Shown here one piece after another: positions 13,105 to 23,000 of a DNA stretch of 44,215 bases. Below the pieces are notes generated by a model. It searched no databases, was not told the DNA's origin, and saw only the letters and a list, made by a program, of their open reading frames with translations. Position 1 is the stretch's first letter, and every line of letters begins with the position of its first letter. The stretch is from Paraglomus brasilianum (lineage: Eukaryota). The translations under genes were made by a program, and so were the position numbers. Location: NCBI GenBank assembly GCA_910592345.1, contig CAJVPI010000190.1, positions 1-44,215 on the forward strand. Reading direction: 5' to 3'.

Positions 13105-13909
13105 ATTAAGCAAGTAAAAATCTGCCTTCCTTCCGCGTCAATGCAAGCGCGAACACAATTTTACATACTGGTAATACAATTAAAATAAAAACGGCCAGCA
13201 ACACGTACTTTTTTGCCTTAATACATTTCGTTTGAGAATTGCCTAAATATTCTCGGTTGGGATACAAGTAAATTTGGTTTTCTTTCTTACTATTTATTAC
13301 ACACAATTTTCGTGACAAACTAATTGACAATCCGTTTACTTCTTTTAGAAACTGGCGTTGTTCCGACAAAAACACCCCCGGACCTAGCACTGATTGGTGT
13401 TTGTTGAGATGTATTTAATTTCGTGACTCAGTGAAATGTATTAGTATCAGTTTAAGCAAAATGTGTAACATTCGACTACCGCCCTTCACATTACGGTAAA
13501 TATCCTACTTTAAGATATCCATAAGTTTCTTGCGACGGTAATGGATTAGTATTAGGATCTGGTCATGGATAAGCGTTGTTCGGTAAATGGCTCAGGACAT
13601 TTCCGCAAGATGACTAATCTTAGTGGCGCAGCTGAATACTCAATCGTGCGACCACTAATTTGTTCATGTTTTCCCGAACCGCATTATCCTATTCCCGAAC
13701 TTTACTTCGACACGTTACTGTATACGCGCATGAATAATACATTGTCATGCATATCTGATATCGATAACAAGATCCGTAAGGACATATCCGAAGCTTTTTT
13801 TTTCAACCAGAGTCAAACGATATCCACAAGTCCGAGACCAACAGCATATTCTGAAAAATTAAAATTTTGGACATATCAACTATCAGATAATTAATATTCA
13901 GAATAACAA

Positions 13910-15001
13910 ATGCTGGCTCAATCTCCTGCAACAGTGTATATTCCTACAACGCACGTAACGCTACCACAGAAAGATTCATCCACTATGCCCAGCACTCCTA
14001 CCATGACATCAGATGAAATCATCCAAGAGGCATCCCGTATTCTGTTGCAAGAAAGTAATGCGTTAGCCGATTGTGCAGAAAGATTACGTCATGAGAATAA
14101 AGACCAGTTTCATCAAGCAATTTATCGGTTATTTCAGACCCTTGATAGAGGAGGAAAGATAGTAGTAACTGGAGTGGGTAAATCAGGGAAGATTGGAGAG
14201 AAGATAGTTGCTACTTTGCAGAGTACAGGCAGCTGTGCTGTATTTTTACATCCAGTTGAAGGTATTCATGGCGATCTTGGTGTTATTCAAGCGAATGATG
14301 CCGTTATTGCAATTAGCTATTCCGGGAATACGGAGGAAGTACTGAGGTTAATGCCATCGCTAAGAAAACGTAATGTGTCAGTAATTGCATTATGTGGCAA
14401 CAAGAACTCTCGGTTGGTCAAAGAATCTGATATCTGGTTAGACGGCCATGTGAAGAGCGAAGCTTGCCAATATATCCCGGCTCCGACCACTTCTACTACC
14501 CTTGCACTGGCGCTTGGTGATGCCGTGGCTATAACTTTGATGGAATTACGCGGGTTTACTCCGCAAAGTTTTGCGCTGAACCATCCTGGAGGTTCGCTAG
14601 GGCGTCGGTTGTTGTTGAAAGTAAAAGATATTATGTACCGTATTTCCGATGTGCTAACAGTTTTCATGTCAACAAAAATGGATAGAGTGGTCGCTGAGAT
14701 GATGGATTATAAGTGTAATTCGGTGGCATTAGTCATCGATGATTCTGGTCATAGTGTAGTCGGAGTAATAACAAGCGGCGATATCCGGAGGGCAATTGCA
14801 TTTAGGGGTCAGTTCTTTGAGTTGAATGCAAATGATGTAATGTCGAGAAATCCGGTGACTTGTTTTGTGGATGACTTGGCGGGTGAGGCTAAGCGTCTGA
14901 TGGAAGAGAGTGACTATCCTATTTCTACACTACCAGTAGTAGATAAGAACAATAAGGTGAAAGGACTACTAACTTTTAAGCAATTAGAAGAACTTATATA
15001 A
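13910..15001 (+). CDS. KdsD/KpsF/GutQ-family sugar-phosphate isomerase (arabinose-5-phosphate isomerase-like; SIS + 2 CBS domains), intronless, 363 aa
   Basis: Motifs GKIVVTGVGKSGKIG, FLHPVEGIHGDLG, ISYSGNTEE, EACQYIPAPTTSTT, LGDAVA and FALNHPGGSLGRRLLLKVKDIM, then CBS repeats (GVITSGDIRRA, DVMSRNPVT, LPVVD). Uninterrupted ORF. Confidence 0.93.
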   Translation: MLAQSPATVYIPTTHVTLPQKDSSTMPSTPTMTSDEIIQEASRILLQESNALADCAERLRHENKDQFHQAIYRLFQTLDRGGKIVVTGVGKSGKIGEKIVATLQSTGSCAVFLHPVEGIHGDLGVIQANDAVIAISYSGNTEEVLRLMPSLRKRNVSVIALCGNKNSRLVKESDIWLDGHVKSEACQYIPAPTTSTTLALALGDAVAITLMELRGFTPQSFALNHPGGSLGRRLLLKVKDIMYRISDVLTVFMSTKMDRVVAEMMDYKCNSVALVIDDSGHSVVGVITSGDIRRAIAFRGQFFELNANDVMSRNPVTCFVDDLAGEAKRLMEESDYPISTLPVVDKNNKVKGLLTFKQLEELI

Positions 15002-15068
15002 CATTAATTTAAGATACACTGATATTGATGCCAATGACAATGAGACGTTAGTTAACTCTGCATGTTAA

Positions 15069-15085
15069 GTATTATTATTATTATA

Positions 15086-15119
<34 letters not shown>

Positions 15120-15220
15120 ATTACTACTATTACTATTACACTGCTAACTCCTATCACTACTATTACTTATTGTTAATAATATTATTATTTATTGTTCGTC
15201 ACCATAATTATAATTATAAT
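15069..15220. repeat. Compound (TAT/TAC/TGC)n microsatellite
   Basis: Directly visible. It separates the isomerase stop from the truncated Fanzor 3' end. Confidence 0.9.
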
Positions 15221-15259
15221 CGTCTTCGCCAAACCACCCTTATTGGCCACTCCGTCTAC

Positions 15260-16551
15260 GCACTTGTACATGTCGGACCCTCCTATTTTTTAAACGCTCC
15301 CACACCAGCTGCAAGTTTTTGAAGTATAGGCCTCATTTTGGATAACATGGACTCCTAATTCTTCTGCTTGATGTTGGCGAAATTGATAGTGGCCCCAACA
15401 GAGCATTTTACGACCGGTTTTTCCCATATTCGACACCTCAAAAGGAGGGATGATAATGGCATCAAATATTCGCGAGTAAAAAATGCGACACTCTTTTTAT
15501 GAACTTCGCTTTGCAGGTGTTTGATTTTTCGCCGCATCCGAAATCAAGAGGCAGTCAGCTTGTCCTTTATAGAAAGAAGATTATCCATATGCAAATAATT
15601 CGTCCAATGTCGTATTGGCCAATTTTAGTAGGAGAGTACCATGTGAAGGGTGTACGAACGCCAGGGTCGATGGAAACTGTATGAATAGAACTATCCGCGG
15701 AGTTGTTTTTGTAAACCCATGAAAATTTCCATTCATTAATTTTGCGAATATGGGTGATCTTGCAATCGGACGTTATTCTGTGAGGAACAGGCCACTTATT
15801 ATTATGTCTTTTTTTTCGAAATGAAGCGGCCACAAATCGCGTTTGTCGTCCAGAGTGATAACAGGCGCATTGATGGATTATGGAGATGGGTGATATAGAA
15901 ATGGTTCCACGTTGGATTTTGATCAAATAAAATCAATAAGTAAATAACCAATCATACCTAGCAGTTAATGCTTCACGCTCGTTAACGTCTTTTCCTACAC
16001 GAACATCCGCGTAAAGCTTGAGCTTATCTTCAATAGGTTGATATTTTATCCAAACCCGTCGTGATGGACCAATATTAATATGCGAATTTTTGGTATAGAA
16101 ACGGCAGCATCGACTCAGTATAGGCATATCTCGACAAGTCCATCCACCGTTTCGATAGCGCTTTTGAAGGTGATTGGATATACTTTAATTGGCAGCGTAC
16201 GAATGGAGAGCTTCCAAATGTTGTCGCTTGTTACATGCTGCTGTTGTTGTTTGGGGTTCTCGTTGGGCGACTCTTCTTCCTTGCTTGATTGTAAGGAAAG
16301 TTTGCTGCTCGTCGGAGGTCGCTTTGTTGACGAAAACCCTGAGTTTTGTAGTATTGGGGGAGTGGATGAGGTCGCGGCAGGGTCGGTCACAATGGGTAAC
16401 CACAATTTTTGAGACCACGCCGCGACTTTTTCGTTCCAATAAGGTCTTAAGTTTGTAGGTTGGGGAGCCGAGGACCTTTTGCTTGAAACCTTTTTTGATG
16501 GTGGTTTGGTGGCGGTGGCGGTGGCGGCGGCGGCGGTGGTGATGTTAGCAT
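15260..16551 (-). pseudogene. Fanzor (eukaryotic TnpB/OrfB-like RuvC nuclease, Fanzor2-like), frameshifted and 3'-truncated
   Basis: Minus-strand fragments in the correct order: NLRPYWNEKVAAWSQKLWLP; IRTLPIKVYP; KRWMDLSRYAY; DCKITHIRKINEWKFSWVY; RuvC-I VSIDPGVRTPFTWYSP (Asp at 15666-15668); KIGQYDIGRI / LHMDNLLS; RMRRKIKHLQSEVHKKSVAFF; FDAIIIPPFEVSNM; RKMLCWGHYQFRQ; VIQNEAYTSKTCSWCG (Glu at 15332-15334 plus CxxC); KIGGSDMYKC. Several frameshifts and stops; second CxxC is incomplete and RuvC-III is absent. Confidence 0.9.
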
Positions 16552-16680
16552 TGAAGAGAGAGTTTATGTGTTTACGATTTTGATTTTCAAATAAGCAAAA
16601 TATTGCAATATTGCAATGTTTACGGTTGTCGGTATTTGATGGCGGAACCGAAAACGCGCATGAAACATGCAATCTCATAT

Positions 16681-16821
16681 GGAGCCTGTGCTTGCATTGA
16701 ATGAAGCTATTGTCTACGAAAACGGTTCTGAAGCTTTGACGACGAGCATACAACTCTCTCGGGAATACCCCAAGGCAAATCCGTCCGAGTGAGGAATGAT
16801 CACGCCGACCATAAAGGCTCC
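16681..16821. ncRNA. Candidate structured RNA or element end immediately 5' of the Fanzor ORF
   Basis: Nested complementary segments: GGAGCCT 16681-87 / AGGCTCC 16815-21; GTGCTTG 16688-94 / CGAGCAT 16743-49; AAGCT 16704-08 / AGCTT 16732-36; CTCTCTCGG 16754-62 / CCGAGTGAG 16785-93. Function is inferred only. Confidence 0.35.
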
Positions 16822-17679
16822 AAAGATACAGTGTGCGAAAAAGTTTTTGGAATAAAATGCATAAACTTCATTTCCTTCCAAAATACGCGTCTAATTAAAA
16901 CAGTCAACTAATACGTTTTTGTGCGTTCTATTTCTTATGCATGTACAGTCGACCTCCAGCCAAAGTCAGTGACTCTAAGGTGTTAATTAAGATCTTATAC
17001 TCGATACTATAATGTGTCAGGCTATTCCGGCTGTGCTTGCTGTTAGGTACGGCTTGATTAGCGTCAGGTCTTTCGCCTCTTACACCAGCCAAGTGCTGCG
17101 GTTATTTTGGGTATAGACTAGTTATGACTGAATATTTGCTTAGCAGTTATAATATGGCCTGGATATTCTGCATTAAAACAAATCTGTTGACATAATGGTG
17201 AAATATACACTCCCTTGTCAGGGGAGTGTACATAAGAAATCGTGCATCATAGCCTGTAGTATAGCATTAAGGCAGAATTGGAGACAATAGATCTTGTCGA
17301 TTGGTCAGTTTGATGATGTCGAATATACTAATCTATTGCGCCAGTGCAATAATGTGTAAAGCGCTGAGATGGGTCTTTACATAAATATAGTAAGAATGTC
17401 TATATGCACAAAACACTACAAATGTTTAAACTCAACAAAGATGACAACATTTTCATTATTGATTAAGCCAACATATGATATTAGCGCAGTGTTAAGTATT
17501 AATCGAGGGTATTTCTCCACTCGGTGATGATAACGCATGTCTCTCGATCATATCAAAAGATTATATTGTATCAAAAATGGTGAACAATGATTAACATCTA
17601 CCATACTGGATGTTATTTCCCATACTGGATGTTATTTCCCATCATATTACGTTAGCAACAACAACAACAATAATACATA

Positions 17680-18216
17680 CACAGTGAAACTCGATATAAC
17701 GGACCCTCGATATAACGGATATCGCTTAGTACGGAGATTTTTCATGGAACAAATCCAACACTAATAAAAATTGTCTCGATATACCGGATTTTGTTAGTAA
17801 TCTCTCGATAAATCCTATAATAATAACGGATGCTAACCAAAAAGTACTAATATTAGTATGCCAGTTCTACTTGGGGTATCTCTGATCAGCCAATCAAATT
17901 GTACCAATTTGTAAACTTTGTCTCACATGAACGAGATCGAACCAACATAAATCACTTTCCAAGAATCATGCAAATGAAACACGATAACCCAAGCTTAACA
18001 GGTGTACAATTAGCAATCTGTATCAGACATAATAATAACAATAAGGCCTTCATAATTTAGTTAAGCTAAACAAATATTAATTGAAGATTACTTGATCTAA
18101 CGTAACGGAGTACTACATGGTTTGCTATGATATCCGGTATTAGTATATCGTGAAAACTCGATTTAACGGAGAAAAGGGTCGGAACCGTAGCCTCCGCTAT
18201 ATCGAGTTTCACTGTG
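17680..18216 (+). mobile_element. Non-autonomous pogo/Tigger-like DNA transposon, 537 bp
   Basis: TIRs CACAGTGAAACTCGATATAACGGA / TCCGCTATATCGAGTTTCACTGTG, with TA on both flanks (17678-79, 18217-18). Subterminal ctcgatataacgga repeats. Internal fragment IMQMKHDNPSLTGVQLA (~17965-18015) resembles a CENP-B-type HTH N-terminus. Confidence 0.85.
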
Positions 18217-19537
18217 TACCAGTACAACCTCTCGTGCCAAACGCACGGGTCTTACTCTTGTACGTAGACTGCAAAAAGGTCCATTGAGAAGAATTGTTTG
18301 TTAGGTCACGCAGTATGAAAATACCCTTTCAAAGAAAAATAAACTTCCAAGATCATTGTGACACACATGAATACAGCGAATATATTAAGATAATTGTATC
18401 TGCACTCGCGTAACCGCAGACCAAATATGAACAAACTATAACCTTAAGCATTACAGTAGCTCAAGCGTAAAATCAAATTACCATAAACATAAACAATGAT
18501 AGATATTTCCTATACCTAGTTATTTGATATAAATAAATCCCACAATAATATATATTCATCGTCACATTCATTACGTAATGGATCTAGAATATGCTCGTAA
18601 ATCTATATATTCATTTCTTGCCTTTATTCATATTGAGAACTATGTTACATACCAAAGTCTTATTCTAGAAAATTAATGAGTCAATAACAAATCGGGGTCT
18701 TTTTGTTTAAAACGCTTTGTTAATGGATGAACTTCTGCGACTCAATTATTATTAGCAAGAGAATATATATATATATATATATCAAGTACGGAAACCACAA
18801 ATTGTTGCTACAAAAAACTGTTCCTTATTATTATGAGATCTATCTTATTATGAAACTTTTCTTTTTGCTTTATTCGGAAAAGAATAAAGTAGACGAATTA
18901 AGAATGAGCGTGAGCTCTAGATTTTTGTGTTGCATTATTGTTCCATAAAAGCTTATTTCTCATCTCTTACTAGCATCAATCTGAGGGAGAGATGCAGAAG
19001 AGAATGAGACATGAAGGTTGAAAAATTGTATATCTAATACTATAGATTCGTATCGATAAAGTAAAAACCTTTACAAAATCAAAGTTTGCTATATAGTGTT
19101 AAAAACTATAAGAAACTACAGTGACTTTTTCCCTTTTTTTTCTTTTTTTTTCTTTTTAATTTTTTTGTGAACCATGAGAAAATATTCTGACAATATCTGT
19201 ACGAAAATAAAGGAGGCAATAGTAAACTAAAAATAATAACCAAAAAAAGCCTCTTTTCCTCCTTACCTATTAATAACGCGATGTTTTACGGAGTAAAAAA
19301 AAAACAAAGAAAAAAAAATGCTATATTACAACGACAATATACTAATTTACCCCATAATAACCTTTTGATTTTCATGTACATCTCCCATTTTTAAACTCTT
19401 TAATACCCTATACCCAAATTTTATAGAAGTTTTTTGTTGTCATTTTTACTAACCAGAGTAATCGAAATGAGTAATTGAGAAGGTAATTGAGAGCAGAAGA
19501 TTATAAGAAACAAACACGTAAAAAATGTCCATTGGCT

Positions 19538-21376
19538 TTACCAATCTCCCTCTCGAGCATAATACGGAACACACAAGGGATTAGCCGGCATTGCCGGTGG
19601 ATATGCTTCGTTCTTGACGAAATTTGGCGCGTAATATGGTGTATATCCAAGAGACGATGTAGGTGCAGCAAAGAATCCCCCACTATTATTGCTGCCTGCA
19701 TTGATAATAGCAGTATGGTTTGTATTTGCTGAAGTCAGAGGAGGTGTGATTGGCGCATGGTTTGACGTATGAGTGGGAGATGAAGTTGGTCGCATCGTCG
19801 GAGATGATGCTGTACTGTGCTGTTGTTGTTGAGAATGAGAATTGGAGACTGAGCTTTGTGAAGAGTGTGTTGGGTTATACAATTCGGGGATTGTAGTCGG
19901 CAGTTCGCTATATGAGCTACCCCCATACATAGCCTCATTATGAGCAGTGACCGCAGTCGTGGTATTGTAGAATACATCCCCACTCGTTTCCGAATGTGGA
20001 CCGCCAGTTGACATGTGATTAGATGATGAAAGACCAGATGCTGATGGCTGATTTGAAGTTCCTTGCGATGATTGATATGGCGTGAATGGATGATCTGTCC
20101 AACTATTTGGCGATGTTACGTTGTGTATAGAGTGTGCGTAGTAATTAAGGTCTGAATTGGCAGCACCGATGTGATGAGGAGCGGTTTGACTTGAAGCTGT
20201 TATAGTCGGTATCAGGGATTGCGGTGTTGTTTGTTGAATAGCGGGTGCCGATCTCATACGCGGTCGTCCGTGTGGGGGATTTATGTGTGGTGAGACGGGT
20301 GGAAACTCATGATAGGATGCTTGCCGATGAGGAGTCGGAAATTGGCGAACAGACGGGATAGGCAGCGAAGTTGCTTCATGTCCGCCATTTGAAGAATGGG
20401 ATGCTCCATATCCAAAACTTGAATGAAGTGGAGCAAAAGACTGTGGCGGACTGCTCGTATATGCTGTCGTAGCAATTGGTTGCCGATATCCATCTGGAAC
20501 CATTGTATTGGTGTTATCGGTCTCCAACTTTATCGGACCATGAACATACTCTATCCCGTGGGTTGATAGCCTCGTTGGACTGTTCGTACTTCCAATACTG
20601 CTCATCCTAGAAGGAATACCATTCGGATGCTTTCCATAATCGATTTCTATATAATGATGTCATTGGGTGGAGAGAAAGTTTTTTTCGAGTCAGTAAACAC
20701 AAAACTCTCACACACTCTCGCTCACACATACACACACGCACAAAAAAAAAAGTAATTGCTTACTTTGGGATTCATTCTGGTCATATACGGGTTCTATCTG
20801 AGGGGGTATCCTGAAGTTTTGCTTTACCAAAAAGTCGGGTGAAATTTCGAGCATTGCTAGATTCGGCGTTGTAGATGGTGTTTTCAGTTTCCCAGCTAAT
20901 ACATCTTCCTTTGTATAATAACTGATCATGTGCTGAGCAACACCATTGACAACAATTGACATTGTTTTCTTAATGAGACCACCCTTCTTGAATCGATATG
21001 AATTCGTTAAACTTCCAACGAGAGCTCGTTCCTTGTTTTTCTCTGCTTGAGACTCGGTATCCATGCTATTGCTGCGTTGTCTCTCTACAGGTACAGTTTC
21101 TTTTTTACCAGCGGGGGCTCGCTTATCTAATTCGCGATAAATCAAAAAATTTCCAAGAATGCGGGATGGACTCCAGACCAAGCCGTCAGTCCAACGCTTA
21201 ATTCCAGATTCTCGTTCGTCAAACACGAATACACTCCCCGACTGAACAATTTTACGTTCTTTCTCTTGTAGTCGCCTGCATATTTTTGGCACAAGTCCTC
21301 TTCTGCAGGCTTCGAATATGAGAAGTGTGTCTTGGGTTGATTCGATATATCCCCTGAAGGTAGCTTCAATGCTCAT
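19538..21376 (-). CDS. Gti1/Pac2 (WOPR) family transcription factor, Gti1/Wor1/Ryp1 type, 2 exons, ~573 aa
   Basis: Exon 1 is 21376-20764, intron 20763-20647 (gtaagc..tatag), exon 2 20646-19538 in phase. WOPRa: TFRGYIESTQDTLLIFEAC..SGIKRWTDGLVWSPSRILGNFLIYREL. WOPRb: ERALVGSLTNSYRFKKGGLIKKTMSI..HMISYY. S/T/H/P/Q-rich C-terminus. A short extra terminal exon (gtaaag ~19541 to ggttag ~19449) is possible. Confidence 0.92.
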
Positions 21377-21919
21377 AATTGCGTTATAAAGTCGTTAAAT
21401 CGTCTTGTCAGTCTGGGGTGACAGCTTAACAAGGTGTATATATATAGTAGGTATCTTTGATGTCGTAATCGTTACTGTAGTTGCGAATTTTGTATTTATA
21501 ATCTTTATTAAAGAAGGTTATTCGTTGGCCGAGAAATAGTAGGTACGCGACTCGAAGCCGGGGAAGGGATAATTCAAGTCGGACGACTGAGAGTTGGTTT
21601 AGTTTTTTTATCGGAAGAAAAAAACTGGAGTTAGTAAATAGGGAATTGTATGTTTATTTATAAAGGCTAGTTGGCTTGTGCAACGACGAATCTCGTTGTG
21701 GGTAAAGTAGGTGTATATTTAGATGTAATGGATAAACCTGTTAAAACTGTTTTTGTATCTTAAAAAAAAACAACGTTTACAAATACAATCGGTATTTGGG
21801 GGGTGGGGGGGGAGACGAATAAAATTAGTTGATTATTGCGTGTCAAAATATAGATATGGGGAAAGGGGGTTGGGTGTATAATGGAACGGTGGAAAAAAAA
21901 AAAGTCCGCTAACATGAAA

Positions 21920-21980
21920 GAGAAGGGGGAGGGGAGAGGGAGAGGAGAGGGAGAAGAGAGGGAGGGAAAGGGAGAGAGTA
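21920..21980. repeat. Polypurine/polypyrimidine tract
   Basis: Nearly pure G/A run on the + strand. Confidence 0.85.
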
Positions 21981-22825
21981 TATACAAGGACGATACGATA
22001 AGATGTATAAAAAATAGAAAATAAGATAACCAAAATCTACGAAATTAAAATATTTTGTATTGTTTATTTGACATGGAACGCAGTGACCACTCGTATAACT
22101 AACTAGTAAGCCAGCAACCAGGAGTGATGTTTGTGTTGAAGGCAACATCCTGACACTTACTTGTGTACAGCGCAGAGAAGCGGCAGAGTCCTCAGAGGTT
22201 TGAAAGTGAGATGGAGATTATTTGCTGTTGGTGTGGACGTCTGTCAGAGAAATTAGACGGTTGGCCGCGATGTTCCGACGTGAGTTGATTTATTTATAAG
22301 GTTGGGAGAATTGTGTAAGTGGGATTGAATTAGATAAAGTGAGAGAGAGTCTATGTTGAATTGTGGTTGGTGTGTATAAATGAAGAGTATTGTCAATTAT
22401 ATACTATATGACAGGAGACAATTATTCTATGGTTAGAATGAATAATCAGAATGAATTTATCATGAAAGGTGGAATAGAATGGAATGTCGAACATGGAGTT
22501 TTCTTCCTTAATATTATTTGATACGAGATGTTCTGTTTATTGACCACGATCAAGGCTGTTGTGTGACTTCCCGAAGATGGATATGAGAAGCAGAGTGGTT
22601 TCTTTATAGCGTCTTGCCCTTCTCAGTAACTATCAAGGTGGAATGATGTCTAGAAACAACAGATAGAGGAATGAATAGACTTGTAATGATGTCAAGTGAT
22701 GTATACGTATAATATAATGCGAAATATGTTGTTTGATATACGGGCATAAATTTTTTTGCAGTACAGTAAATTCCATAATATTGTAATATATATGGTTATT
22801 ATTTTGTGGTACAGACGGCATGATG

Positions 22826-22827
<2 letters not shown>

Positions 22828-22870
<43 letters not shown>

Positions 22871-22871
22871 G

Positions 22872-22902
<31 letters not shown>

Positions 22903-23000
22903 GTACGTTATATATTTATATATGATGTATATGTGTATGTATATGTGTATGTATATGTGTATGTGTATGTGTATGTATATGTATATGTATATGTGTGTAC
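22828..23000. repeat. Compound (CA)n(TA)n and (TATGTG/TATATG)n microsatellite
   Basis: Directly visible. Confidence 0.95.

Noticed and set aside
14317..14667. 116-aa antisense ORF
   Set aside because: Shadow of the isomerase CDS.
16560..16753. LYARRQS at the start of ORF 16115-16753 as an IS607 TnpA YARVS motif
   Set aside because: No further serine-recombinase motifs, and the start is TTG. No TnpA can be supported.
16681..16821. Hammerhead ribozyme or H/ACA snoRNA reading of the structured block
   Set aside because: CTGAAGC does not match CUGANGA. An H-box-like ATACAA lies between the hairpins, but there is no correctly placed ACA.
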